A stretch of DNA of 64,000 nucleotides from Eledone cirrhosa (GCA_964016885.1 OZ024747.1:55118001-55182000); one strand, 5' to 3'. Counted from the first letter of the stretch, positions 40,462 to 55,015 are shown. Made by a program: numbers and translations. Notes: generated by a model from the letters alone, not told the origin.

Positions 40462-41241
40462 AGATTGATGGATAGATAGATATGTAGATAGATTATAGGA
40501 AGTTAGGTAGGTAGATAGGCAACGTGAGAGGGAGACTTAAACAGATGGATTGACAGATCGCTAAACAAATAAATAAGTAGGTTGATAGAGAGGCATACAT
40601 AAGTAGTTAAACAGGTATATGAACAAAGACGTGGAGTGAGATAAACACCCACATTAGGAGAGACAGACAGGGATATCACTATTTGGAAGCAAGGGAGAGG
40701 GGAATATAACTCATCAATAGAAGAGTTTAAATGTTTAAAATGCTCTAAATGATTTTGATAAAATCACAAAACGTGTTAATATTTCAATACAATTCGACTT
40801 TATCTATCCTAAGTAATATATCCGAAGTAAAAGTGACCTTTAGGTATTAAATATCAACAATAAAGTCTGTCATAATACTCTATAATATATCCTAAAACAA
40901 AATCTCATGATGGCTCACTCGCTAATGTATAATTAAGATCCTAACGAAAATTTCAAAATTCAGCCATATTAAGTAATGGGTCAGAAGGCGAATTAAACCC
41001 AGAAGCTTTTCATAAGAAACATACAATGTCACTCTTTCTTAATCTAATGGATTGATTCATACACTGAATATTATGAATAAAATATAAGATTTTACGCTAA
41101 TCGTTAAGGTTTTGATCAGAAGTAATATTAAACCTTACATTTTCTAAATATCAAGAGCGTGCACATACACATACATACAATACATAGATACATACAAATA
41201 TAAATAGATGTATTCCCACATTCATGTATACACAAAACCGA

Positions 41242-41333
<92 letters not shown>

Positions 41334-41992
41334 AAATACACAATAATATATATATATATATAAATGTATACAGGGCTGTAATTTGGTTACTAAACAAGTT
41401 GTACTCAACATTCTTTGTAAAATATATATAATTTGTTTAAATGTCATTACACATGGTGTTTATGAACCGTGTAGTAAAGAAGAAACAGAGAAATATATCA
41501 CAGCTTAATCGGATGTATAAATGAGAATTAACATCAAAGAATATTCATAAATTATGAAGTAACAGTAGAGATTTTGATATAAAAAAGTAATTATGAAACG
41601 TTAAACATTTGTAAATATCAAATTTAGGTGGAAATATACAACAAATAAACTGTTATATATTCTTATATATGTATTTATAGAAGAAAAACAATATATATAT
41701 AACATACATACATTCATATATACACATACATGGACATACGTATACAGAAACGTATACATCGGTGTATTTTTATACGCATATACATATATACATTTTCCTA
41801 ATTTGGTTATAAAAAAGGGTGCACAGAACATTGTTTCATAAAATATATATCGGTTGTTTAAATTTCATTATACATGATGTTTATAACCCCGTGTAAAATG
41901 TAATGACGAAAACGTTAAGCTAGTAAGGAGGTTGCAGCAAGTAAATAAATAAATATGCATATTTGTGTGAGTGTTAGTGTGTATGTATGCCA

Positions 41993-42050
<58 letters not shown>

Positions 42051-42068
42051 TTGTGTGTGTATATATAC

Positions 42069-42102
<34 letters not shown>

Positions 42103-42182
42103 GCATCTATATATATATATATGCTATATATATATATATATATACAATATACCTGTATATGTGTGTATATATATATAATATG

Positions 42183-42244
<62 letters not shown>

Positions 42245-42701
42245 CTTCAACTTTTACCATTCTTTATACTACACCAACAACTCGTTTCACACATTCATTT
42301 TATGAGATTAAATATCGATGCCATAAAACAATATCAATTGCGAAAGAACACCAATATGAAACAAAGAAAATACAGTTTACATTACACATATTTAGAATAA
42401 TATATATTGAATTATGTTTCTTCAAAAAGTTTACAACTTTCTCTTCTATGCTACAGCAAAAAGACAAATAAAATGTAATAAATATAAAAAAATCTGAAAT
42501 AAAAAAAAATTAAGAACTATAAACATTACAATAAATAAAGTACAAGAGTACATGAAACGAATCGGAATCGAAGCAGAAAATATAAAAAAAAATATAATTA
42601 TAGTAAACTAAATAAATAGATAAAAAAGCCCTGACGCAAATGTTACCAAAAAAATATTCACACGAAGATAACACGCTAACATATTCATAATCGTACTTCT
42701 A

Positions 42702-42770
<69 letters not shown>

Positions 42771-42926
42771 TAGATACATATGCATAAGTTCTTATTAAAT
42801 ACCAGTAGTAATTTATGTTCTTTTGTATATATATGTATATATATATATATGTTTATATGCATACATATATGTATGTATATATATATATATATAATATATA
42901 TATATATATACTTATACATATAATTA

Positions 42927-43016
<90 letters not shown>

Positions 43017-43025
43017 TATATATAA

Positions 43026-43072
<47 letters not shown>

Positions 43073-43195
43073 GAGAGAGAGAGATATTAACTATCATATA
43101 TTTTAATATATTTTGTTAAAGTATTTCATTTGTTTTGTTCTTTTAGCTTATATCAGGAGTATCTTTCGTGAACTAAAAATAATAAAATCAATAAA

Positions 43196-43196
<1 letters not shown>

Positions 43197-43255
<59 letters not shown>

Positions 43256-43360
43256 GGTGCTGCTGCTGCTGCTACTACTATTGCTGCTGCTGCTGTTTCT
43301 GCTACTGCTGCTGCTACTACTACTGCTACTACCACCACCACCACCACCACCACCACCACC

Positions 43361-43439
<79 letters not shown>

Positions 43440-43625
43440 ATGACAATAATAATAATAATAATAATAATAATCAGAAGAAGAAGAAGAAGAATGATAATGG
43501 CAATAAAAGCAATAATAGAAACAACAACAGTAGCATTATAAATGATAATAATAATAATGACAATAATAACAACATCAGTAACAACAATATTGATACTAAA
43601 TAATAATAATAATGATGATAATAAT
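43197..43625. repeat. Compound trinucleotide array (CTA/CTG/CCA/ATA); (GAA)n arrays at 14830-14911 (as TTC) and 44342-44482
   Basis: Direct inspection. Confidence 0.95.
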
Positions 43626-43915
43626 ATTCCAATGTAAAACAAAAAGGAAAGAAAATGGAGAATTATTGTAAAATTGTTTATTTTTTATGTAAGCTTTATT
43701 TGCTTGGCGTAAGTTTTACGTTTATCTCAACATGACAGGTGTCTTTTACAACTTTTCTAAGCATATTTTTTACTACCCCCTACATATATATTTTTATTGT
43801 ATAATTATTTATACAGTTGAGTTTGAAATTATGTATATATATATATATATATACTTATAAATTTATTCTTACACATACATCACAGTGATGGACACACTCA
43901 CACACACACACACAC

Positions 43916-43952
<37 letters not shown>

Positions 43953-44008
43953 TCCGTGTGTGTGTGTATATATATACATACTTACGTACACACACACACA
44001 CACACACA

Positions 44009-44127
<119 letters not shown>

Positions 44128-44854
44128 ATGCATGCTCGAAAACACATATTATCCTCGTGCACATTATTTTACAGATATACACACAAGTATATACAGCTAA
44201 AACAGTATTGAAATAAAATGAAATAATGAAATAAGCCTGAGAAAAATATCGCAATAATAATAATGATAATAATGATGATGATGATAATGATGATGATGAT
44301 GATGATGAGTATAGCCACACCATCAGCAATAACGAGGGTGTGAAGAAGAAGAAGAAGAAGAAGAAGAAGAAGAAGAAGAAGAAGAAGAAGAAGAAGAAGA
44401 AGAAGAAGAAGAAGAAGAAGAAGAAGAAGAAGAAGAAGAAGAAGAAGAAGAAGAAGAAGAAGAAGAAGAAGAAGAAGAAGAAAGAAAATGCATATAAACA
44501 ATAAAATAAATGTATCGATATTGACGTGAAAGTAAAATTATAAAAATCATGCTTCATATATTTAAGTTCAAAATGGCTGCTACCTGACAGATAAGAGAAA
44601 AATAGGAAACATAGCTTCCTTCTCCAATAAATCGCCCACACCTTCCATAGCTGTGACTTACCTATCTCCGTTAAAGTATCTCATGATATCAGTAAGGCAG
44701 GGGTTTCAATATTAACGGTTACCAACATAAATCTTTGTCGATCAAGCGAAGTACGTAGCAAATGTTTTTATCATCAACATGGCTGGTGCTCGCACTCTTC
44801 ACATTTTTCTAAATTTATTTTACATTTCTTCATCGACAACAATACTAACATAAC

Positions 44855-45740
44855 GACCACCACTGTTGTAACCCCTAATAAAACCACCACTACCACCAAC
44901 GCCGCCACAAAATCCACCAAGATACCATCGTCACCAGCACCCCCACAATGAAACAACCTCTACCAACCACCACCATCACCACCACGATCACTACCACCCC
45001 CAATTCCACCAAAACAGCCACCAATATACCACGTCACTTACAATCACACAACCACTACCAACCAACAACAAAATCCTCAACCACCACCCCACCAGCATCA
45101 CCACTCTCAACGCCAGCACCGCCACAACAGCCATCAATATCCCACCTTCAACAGACTTCCACAATCACACAAATGCTACCAACCATCACCACCACCACCG
45201 ACGCCGCTACAACAGCCACCAAGTCATCTCCGTCAACAGCACCTCCTCAACCCCACAACCACTGCTAACCAACAACAACCCTACCATCACCACCACCGCC
45301 AATGCCACCACAACAGCCACAAACTTACCAACGTCACCAGCACCTCCCCATCCCCACGACCACTACCATCCAACACCGCCATCAACAACGCTGCCACAAC
45401 AGCCACCAAGCTACTTCCGTCAATAGCACCACAATAAAACAACCCCTACTAACCAAGAGCACCACCACCGCCGCCAACACCGCCACAACATCCACCAACA
45501 GCCGTCAAGAGCACCTCTCCAACCCCACAACCACTGCTAACTAATAACACCACCACCATCACCACCACCGCCAACGCCACTACAACCGCCACCAAAATAC
45601 CACCGTCACCAGCACCTCAACAATAACGCAACCACTACCAATCATCAACACCACCACCATCACCACCACCAGTACCTCTACAATCATACAATTACTATCA
45701 CCACCACCATCAACTCAACGACTACTAACAACAGCAAGAA
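44855..45740. repeat. Degenerate ~90-100 bp ACC-rich minisatellite
   Basis: Recurrent CCACCGCCAACGCC.CCACAACAGCCACCAA...CGTCA(C/A)CAGCACC near 44895, 45195, 45292, 45385, 45465 and 45565. Confidence 0.7.
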
Positions 45741-46449
45741 TAAAAACAAAACCAACGACAGTAACATCAAGAGATACAGGGAAACATGACCACTAATACA
45801 ATAGAGACACAACAAAACTTGAGGTATTCTTTGAGGATAATTGCTAAGATATTGTTAGGTCAGGTTACTTTGTTGGTTTGAATATATTCGACGTTATTGA
45901 ACACTTGTCGTATTTGAGTAAGGGACTATAACTCTTATGTATTGGGAATGTTTAGGTCAGGATTAAATAGACAAATTACAGGAGAAATTTCATTGCCATA
46001 TGATATAGGCTGCCCTCTTTTGACCGCAGTTTTAATTCAATAGATGACGAATTATTTCATGACAAAGATAGTAACTTAAATTATGGTTTATATAGAAGAT
46101 ATTGTCGGTAGATGCAAATTTTATTTTTAAAATGTGAGGTCCTCTTTCTTAGAAGTAGAGTCGGTCTAGACCGGATTGGTATGAAATTGATTAGAATTGT
46201 CAAACTTAAAATGGTCATAACAACGAAAATCGTTGCTTTCATAATTCTCGATATATATTTTTTCGATATTTAAGCACGTTCTCGTCTTTTCTATGCACAA
46301 ATTATTCAACGAATAAATAATAGCAAACATGCCCCCACCCCAGCACCACCACCACTCACAAACACATATACTTGTATGTATGTATGTATTTATGTATGTA
46401 TGTCAGCTCGCTCTCGAGTGCTACTAGTAACATGTAACCCACTACAACC

Positions 46450-46920
46450 TGTCTCATGGTCAGGTCATCAGCGACTAAACCTGCAACCCCACCAAGCTTG
46501 CTTGGTTAGGAAGGTAATATTTGGACACCCTGTAGGATGAAATACAAGACCCTGCAAAGGGCGGAGGAACTCAGCAGAGTCAACGCCATCCAAATAGTAC
46601 TTTTTTTTCACCTGGGAGTGAAAGGCCCCAGTTGTTGTTACAACACCTTTCTAGGAGAGGGAAACTCTGGAAAAAAACCTGCGGCTTCGGAAGCATCCGA
46701 TGATGTTGACCAGTTCTCCTTTTCGGGTAGTGTCTTCGATGCTCAGAGAGTGGGATTGGTCAATGCAAGGCCTTTTCCCACTTAAAAAAATATTCAAAGC
46801 ACAGGTATTGCTTTTTCAGGTTATGTTTCAGGTTTGTGTGACTGGCCGTAGCCCAAAAGTGCACCAAACTCTATAATCCTCCAAGCAATTGCAGTACTCT
46901 TAGCAGAGTTTGCAGCCAGC
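46450..46920 (+). mobile_element. Diverged relative of the non-autonomous RTE-derived element
   Basis: TCTCATGGTC.GGTC...GCGACTAAAC..GCAACCCCACCAAG, CTAGGAGAGGGAAACTCTG and GAGAGTGGGA, ending GAGTTTGCAGCCAGC-(ATGT)n. Confidence 0.75.
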
Positions 46921-46931
46921 ATGTATGTATG

Positions 46932-49900
46932 TTCTGGTTATATAATTTCACAAATGTTTGCCGATAGAGAGAGAGTCGGTTTCTAACATCGATACAAGAC
47001 TCTCTGATTGGAATTTGCACAACATCAACTAGGTAGGTATGTATGCATGTCTGTATGCATGCATGCATGTGTGTGCAGGTCTGGATGTTATTGTATGTGT
47101 GGATGTAGATGTTTTGAGTTATATCTGTGCATGTGCATATGCTTTGCATCTATACATGTTTATATGCAGTTATTACATGTAGAATTTTTTGAATGTTTTG
47201 TATATGTTTACAGTTCCATTAATGGATTGTACTTGTAATTTCCTAACTAGTCGTGTTCTTTCATTTTCTGTGAAGCCTAGGTTCTCAAGAATTGTACTCA
47301 GGCAGTTACTAACATATCCCATAGCCCCAATAATCACAGGTATAAATGTGGAGTTATAGTCAGGGTGGAGTACCTGTAGCTTTCTCATTGGCTCTGCATA
47401 GATATTCTCCTTTTCACTAATCTTTAATATTATATTGGTATCTGCTGGGCAGCTAACTTCCACTACTGTGCATGCCTTGTTTTCGCTGTCCCATATCATT
47501 ATATCTGCTCTGTTATGCCTGCATTTTATTGGGATTTTGACTAGAACATTCCACCAGTACCCTTTCATATTATTTATGTGTATGTCTTCCACATTGCAGT
47601 AGTTTTTAATGTGTTTATTGCGGGGGCTATCTTTTCTACAGATTGCATTGTACAGTGGTTTGGCCACTACATCCTGTCTCATAGGTAGATAGTAACGTGA
47701 TAACATCTTTGGAAAGCTACTTTTGATACGTGTGACATCTTCGATGTTAATTCTGCAGAGTCTGCACTTGTTGTCACATCTAGGGGTTTTGCCTGCATCC
47801 CTATCTCTTTTGTGAATCAGGTATGTTGTTTTGATTTCCTGTTCTTGGATTGCGACATCGTATTCTTTAAAGTAAGAGCCAATATAGCGGTTGTTGGTCC
47901 AATATGGAATACTTTGCTTATCAATATTATCCCGCCGAGGTTGACTTTGCCTTTCATCCTTACGGGGTCGATAAAATAAAGTACCAGTAATGCACTGGGT
48001 AATTGCTGGCCTTGTGCCAAAAGTAGAAACAATATTACTCACACTCTGGAGCTTCCTGGCAACATATCCATGCATGGATATTTTCGGATAAGCATGCAGT
48101 TTTTCATCCAAGGATTCACTGCGGTAATGCTGGGCAATTTCCCTGGGTGTGAGTTTTTGATTATCATGATCTTATCTGTCTCATACAGAGAGACTTGCTC
48201 AAAATCTGGGCTCCCACGCTTCGAGGTTCGTAAATGTTGTCGGAGGGATATGATCCGACACTCAAACGTTGTTTCAAGTAGAGAATTTCTATGTCACTGT
48301 TGATGTGGAAGTTTCCGGTGTTGTTTAGAATTTTTCGAGTTTTAACATCGATTGCACGGATTTCGTCTATCGTCCAATCGAGTATTCCAAACGTAGGTGT
48401 TAGGACAGGCACAGCAAACACATTGTGAGCCACTGTTTTATTGTGCGCAGAGAGTCCCGGTGACCATATTTTTATTAATCGGGTGTAATATTCTCTGGTT
48501 GCGTTCATTATTACAAATACCATTATAGGATATGTTCTCATCTGTCCCAAGGTATCTGTAGCAGTCCTCGTCAGATATTGGTGAAACAGTTAGGCCATTG
48601 ATAATAATCTTGCTACATTGGGTTGTAATTTTTCCTCATTTTACAGTCATATATGAACATTTATCTTGGCTTAACTCCATTCCTATCTCCTTTGAGAATG
48701 TTCATCCACAAAGAAAGTATGGGTTAAGTCCGTATTACTGTCGTCCTGTGAGCCAATGATGTATTCTTCACATTTCTTGAGCAGAAAGGACAAGGGATTT
48801 AATGACAGGATAAATAGTAGCGCAGAGAGACTGTCTCCCTGAAATATACCCTGTGATATTCTATTATATCAGTGAAAATAGAGAACTTCTCTGTTTTTAA
48901 CTCTATGATAGTAGCCCAAGAAGAAAACGGTTTCTCTACGGCTCTGATAATAATGTCTGGGGCTTTAGCAAGTCAGAGGGCCTCTATCATCCAAGAGTGG
49001 GGAACAGAATCAAATGCTTTCCTGTAGTCCAGCCAGACTGTAGCCATATTCCCCCTAAGTTGTCGCACCTCTGATATCGCGGTTTTGTTCAGTATACCCC
49101 CAAACACCTTTCTTTCCAGCTGCTTATTTATCTGTGATTATGTTATCATTTTCACAGTGATCTTGGAGAAATAGGTTCAGGCAGGCTGTATACATCTTAT
49201 ACATCAGGTTCTGGCATGCGATGGGTCGGTAGTTTTTTGGCAGGTGGGTGTCTTTGTTCTGGGGACCAGTATTGTTTGTACTAATGTCAACCATTCTGGT
49301 ATATGTGTATCTCCCTTGATAACTTGTTGGTAGAGGTCGATAAAATACATCCGATAGAATGTACCAGTAGCCGACACTCAAGTCTATTCCTGGTGGTTTC
49401 TTATCTTGGAGTTTTCGTATCACAGTCTCAAGGGTATCCTCATTTATTTCGTATGATTTTGTTGTAGTGTAGGAGCAATAGTTCTTTTGGATTTCTTTCA
49501 GCCGCACTGCATCTTGGTTGGAATACTTCTTTTCACGACAAATGTTTCTCCAGAAGGAATGGGGCCTCAGTGACATTTATTACTTTGCCCTTCATATCTC
49601 TATAGACTGATGTTTGGTTTCATCTGAATCTTTTATTAAATAATTTTCTTTCATCTACCCTCTTCAGTTATCGACGTCTCTCGCTGACAGCTCTCAATTC
49701 TTGTTTGAAGGTGTGTCTACAAACATCGTTTCTATTTTATTGTTCATTCTTTGTTGGTGAGGAGTGAAGTTTTTTTTTGTTTTTGTTTGCATGTAAGGAG
49801 CATTGTCACATATCCTATAGTTTTTCGTAGGTCAGCAATTTTTTTTTATTTTAGTTATATATGATGGTATTTTTTTTCGTGTTTTGTACTTGTCAATATC

Positions 49901-50656
49901 TCTGCTCTCACCAAGATAATGCTTCACTGTCGTTGCTATGTCATATAATCAGGCGTTGCCTTGCCAAAATGTGGGAGTTTTAATTGGTCGTCAATATCGA
50001 TCCCCTATTTCGTCAATAGTAGTAAGATTTCATTATTTGATCTTATTTTATTTAGTATTGTTGTTTTACTACGTTGAGCAAGTGAAATGTTTATACATGA
50101 AGTAATTTCGCTCTGGAAGATTTCGTTGAGTTGAAATTTCAATTTCAAACGATAGCGTTTTCCACAATAGTCGAAGCAGATTCAGATGGTACACGTGGTG
50201 TCAAATTTCTTCCCAGTATTTGTGTTTCAAGGCACTGTTCGGCCTGGCTGCTAGGATGTTTAGTAGCATGGCGACCTGTAGCACGTGTTGATTCCATATT
50301 TTTTCTGGGGTACTTACAATTATTAATATTTATCTTATTTTCACATTCAGCAAACATCACTTGCTGGCGTAATTGTTTGACTGTGAAGTGATTTAGCTCT
50401 GGGTGTATTTCGTCCCAGTGTAGCTTCATTCTGTTCATATAGCCAAAGGAGGGATTTTTTTTCGCCTTTTCATAACAATTATATAAATCATCATTAAGTT
50501 CGTAGCTCCAAGAGAAATGTGATTTATAATTTCGGTCTCTTCTCTAGCTAGACTTAAATAACTTTAGTTTACCTTTCTAATTGATTTTCTCACTGATTTT
50601 CTTCGGTAAATTGTTTTCGTTCCTCGTGTTCGGTAAATTGTTATTGTTGATGTCGA
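46932..50656 (-). mobile_element. Near full-length degenerate R4/Dong-clade LINE (single ORF: RT, CCHC, RLE)
   Basis: NYRPIACQNLMYK, WLDYRKAFDSVPHSW, GIFQGDSLSALLF; C-terminus CRLC..EDVT, HNRADIMIWD..VVEVSCP.D..K..EK..IY, PVIIGAMG; (TGTA)n at both ends. Confidence 0.9.
47930..48037 (+). mobile_element. 5'-truncated SINE family A inserted in the R4-like ORF
   Basis: Starts TCCCGCCGAGG, ends GTAGAAAC; 8-bp TSD CAATATTA at 47922-47929 and 48030-48037. Confidence 0.92.
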
Positions 50657-50726
50657 TGTAAATGTGTATGTATGTATGTATGTACGTATGTATGTATGTA
50701 TGTATGTATGTATGTATGTATGTATG

Positions 50727-51205
50727 TTCTTCTGGTTTTATAATTTCACAAAGTTTTACCAATAGAGAGAGAGTCGGTTTCTAACATAAACACAAGACTC
50801 ACTCATTGGAATTTACACATCAACTAGGTAGATATGTATGTATGCATGCATGTGTAGATATGGATGTTATTGTATGTGTGGATGTGGATGTTTTGAGTTG
50901 TATGTGTGCATGTGTATATGCTTTGTATCTGTACATGTGTATATGCAGTTATTAGATGCAACATTTTTGGAATGTTTTACATATTTTTACTGTTCCATTA
51001 ATGGATTGTACCTGTAATTTCCTAACTAGTTGTGTTCTTTCTGTTCCCGTGAAGCCTAGCTTCTCAAGATTTGTATTGAGGCAGTTACTAACATATCCCA
51101 GTGCCCCAATAATCACAGGCATAAATCTGAAGGTGTAATCAGGGTGGAGTATCTGCAGATTTCTCATCAGTTCTGCATAAATATTCTCCTTTTCACTAAT
51201 CTTTG
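50727..51205 (-). mobile_element. Short 5'-truncated copy of the same R4/Dong-like family
   Basis: ORF 50952..51167 (PVIIGALGYV...LQVQSINGTVKICK) and 3' UTR match 46932-47425; (TGTA)n on both sides. Confidence 0.92.
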
Positions 51206-51246
51206 ATGTATGTATGTCTGTATGTATGTATGTATGTATGTATGTA

Positions 51247-51804
51247 TCTCATTGTCGGGTCGTTGGCGACTAAACTAGCAACCCCACCAAAGTTTCTTGG
51301 TGAGGAGGGTGACTTTGGGCATCCTGCAGGACTAAAAACAAAACCTGCCAAAGGGCAAAGAAGCTCTTAAGAGTCAATGGCCATCCAAAATCACCGGGAG
51401 AGATGACCCCTTAGCCTTTATCAAGGCAGAATTCTAGGAGAAGGAAAACTCTGATATAACACCTGCAACCCTGATGGTATCCAATGATGTTGACTTGTTC
51501 TTCTTTTTGGTAAATATCATCTTGGTTAAGAGAGTGGGACTGGCTTTGTGCAGTGCCTTTGCTCACTATAAAAGCTTCACGGCACAGGCATTGCTTTATA
51601 TCTGGAGATATCTCTGCACTTGTCGTCACATGGTACCATGGGCCCAGCACTATGTGTCAATAATTGTCACAAGTGTAGTGTTTGTACCAGAGTTTTCAAG
51701 TCGCTGGCTGGACTAAAAAGTCACTCTCGTTCAGCCCATTGGTAGGGGTTCGCCTACATGGATATAAAGTAGTGGCCGTACTCGAAAACGAGTTGGCAGC
51801 CACC
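51247..51804 (+). mobile_element. Non-autonomous bipartite RTE-derived element (RTE-like 5' UTR joined to ORF C-terminus and 3' UTR), ~560 bp, (ATGT)n tail
   Basis: Five copies in the window; C2H2 remnant CSVCTRVFKSLAGLKSHSRSAH just before a short 3' UTR with the CTCG-AAAA-CGAG hairpin; no RT and no Pol III boxes recognised. The RTE assignment rests on remembered family features. Confidence 0.7.
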
Positions 51805-53955
51805 ATGTATGTATGTATGTATGTATGTATGTTTGTTTGTATCTTAGAATGTATATATGTATATATGTATGAATACATGTATGTATGTATGTATGTATGT
51901 ATGTATGTATGTATGTATGTATATGTATATGTATATTTGTGTGTGCGTGGGTGGGCGTTTTTATGTGTGTGCGTGGGTGTGTGTTTTTACGTGTGTGCGT
52001 GTGAGTGAGAAAGAGGGAGGGAATGAATTCACATGGCGAGGTTTGTTTGCCTGTGTGAAGTCTAAATAACGTTACAATAGAAATACAAGTTTATAAATTC
52101 TATCTAGTTTGAGAAAGTCATGAGAATTACAATTGAGAGCTGAAATAGATGTGTGGATAGTCTGAAGTGGAAGATCAAACGTATGTGGAGTAGAGAGATA
52201 GATGACTTTGATCAACTGATTAAGAATCTTTCCGTATATATCTTTTCATTATCTCCCTTGACTGCTCCTCCCAGTCTGCCAGAAAAGCGGACATCTATAA
52301 GAATATAGAGACGCTGACACACAAACAGATTATTGAATTATAACACATGAATATTTCAAAGAATATATACTTTATTAAGGAGATACTTTTGGATCAGGCA
52401 CGCATATACGGGCACATACACATGGTCGCATACGTTGTTGATGTAGGTCCATAATCGGCCTCGATGACTAGCTTACCTAATGTGATAATCTATATCCTAT
52501 TCAAGAATTTAATGCGTTAGTGAGAGAGAATTTTGCACAGAGGTATACCGTTAACATAGTTCGCAGGGAGAGTCAGCGTGACCGTGCGTGACAACCTCAG
52601 CCTTTGAATCTCAGCCTTTGAATTATATATCATGACTAGAGCAACGTGCAATAAATTGCTCAAAGACAAAAAGCGCCACCAGCAATCGATCTCAGGATCT
52701 TCCAATCGTGAGTCGAAAACCTTAAACAAGAAATCATGCACCTTTACCAACAACTAATAACACAGTAGACACATACACCTCCACATATGTGTCATTACTG
52801 CTTCTGCCCACACAGGCATCATAGCTGAAAAAATAAAGTCCCATCGACTGATTGATATAAAAACACCAGTAAATATACTGCTACCATTGTTTAAGGTTCG
52901 CTCTGTGTCCTTACGGTATTACAACAATATCTGTTCCTGAAAAGCTACTTCTAGCATGCTATGCTCTACTCAGCCTATCTCATCATTCACAGTGATCCTA
53001 TATCTGCAGCAATCATCAGAGCCATTTCTCGCACACTTTCTCTCTTCGGAAAACATCTTAAATTCTTTATCTGATACTATTAGATGACTCTCATTTTTTC
53101 TCTGTAATAGCTGATATTAACTGAGTACAAGATAAAGAATTCAATTTGATCAACGGAATAACTGACTCGTGAAATTAACATGCAAGTGGCCGAATATTCC
53201 ACAGATATATGCGAACTTAACAGATCTTTTATGTGAATTCAGTGTCATACTATGCGACAATGTCTAATATTTTAATTAGTGGCACAAATAATTATTTCCC
53301 TGAGAATTAACAACATTACCCGCAAATATAATATCCTACTCAAGAGACTACGCGTCACCGTGAATCGAACACGGCGTTACAACCCTGAGTTGAATACCCT
53401 AACTATTAAGCCACGTGCCTTCACTTAACTCGGATACATTATTTCTAAAAATAAAAATAACAAAAAAAGGTAATGACATAACTGAAATGGATTTGGTTAT
53501 AAATCCGTGGGATCAAAGAGAGATTTGCGGTTCAACAGAACCAAACAACAACAACAACAATAGCAAAAATGAAATTAAACGCGGCATTGAAAATGCTAGC
53601 AAAAGACTCATTCATTAAAGAGTAGTCCCACTGGTGGTGTAGCTAGAGCGATGAACAACCCAGAGCTATCAGCTAAAAGCCACACGTCATTTGATCCGGT
53701 TAGCACAGTCACTCGCTCCACGTGTGTTATAATAATTTTCACTCAGATATATTAAATGTAAAAGAGATTTTCGTTACCTGTCCATGGCCCATAGCATAAC
53801 TGTAGACACAGCTATTCAATTCATACATCTCATGATCAATACATTCGAAGATGGTGAGAAAATCTACCATAACATTATTGCTTTTGCTAAATCATTATTT
53901 TCAATACCTTCATACGTAAACACAGTCATATATCTACCTCTATATATATATATAT

Positions 53956-54001
<46 letters not shown>

Positions 54002-54193
54002 CAGGTATATAGAAAGGGAAAAAGAGAGATGGATATATTGATAGATAGATGGAAAGACAGTTAGATAGTTCGAGGAAGAGAGATAAACTAATGAATATAT
54101 CTAAGTATATGTTTAGATATTTTTAAGGTGATAGTAATGGATTCATAGAAAGGTAGGTAGGAAAAAGAGATAGATATATATGAATGTGGATTT

Positions 54194-54263
<70 letters not shown>

Positions 54264-54833
54264 GTAGATAGATAGATACATAGTTAGATACATTGGTAGA
54301 TAGGTGAACAGATAGATACATAGGTAGAAAAATAGATAGAGAAATAGATAGATAGATTGATAGATAGTGATATTATTACTTTTATATAGCGACAGAATGC
54401 TCTTGTCAATTTTGGTATATTGAAACATTACCGCAATATAAGAGAGTCCATGCAATGTGTCAATGTTGCAGTGAACAAGGGGGTGTCGATCACATAGATT
54501 TCTTCCTTCATTGACCATTAATTTACATCAGGGTGCTAAGTTAATGCTATTTGTCATAAATTTCTTATCTCTTGTATCCAGAAAACCATCAAAACTCACC
54601 ATCTTAAAACCATGGTGAAATTAGGGAACTTATTTTGATATTTGATTCAAATTGATATCTGTTGCTCCCGTGAGACTAACACCAGAATCATTGTGATGAA
54701 TATTTCAAGGTCTGATTGAGATAAAAGTTTCCGAAAACTAGAAACCATAATTGCTGTCTTGGGGAATCTTTTTCTATTTTCTATTTCTCTTATTTCTATC
54801 CCCGCCTTTCTCTTTCCCTCTCCCTCTCTCATA

Positions 54834-54870
<37 letters not shown>

Positions 54871-55015
54871 TGACGTTGGTGGCTTAATATATATATATAT
54901 GTATGTTTAATATGTATATATATATATATATATATTCCCATATATATGTATATATACATGTATATATATATATGTATATATATATGTATATATATTTATA
55001 TATATATATATATAC

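Noticed and set aside
44655-44790. Strong minus-strand splice donor (AG|GTAAGT at ~44661) suggesting a host exon
   Set aside because: No convincing acceptor or recognisable protein sequence upstream; a single motif is expected by chance.
44855-45740. Mucin-like Thr/Pro-rich ORFs (44948..45268, 45302..45544)
   Set aside because: ACC-rich degenerate minisatellite with frame changes and stops; no splice or domain support.
48562-48576. CTGACGAGGAC on the minus strand resembling a hammerhead core
   Set aside because: It lies within the R4-like RT coding sequence (SDEDCYRYLG) with no GAAA or stems; coincidental.
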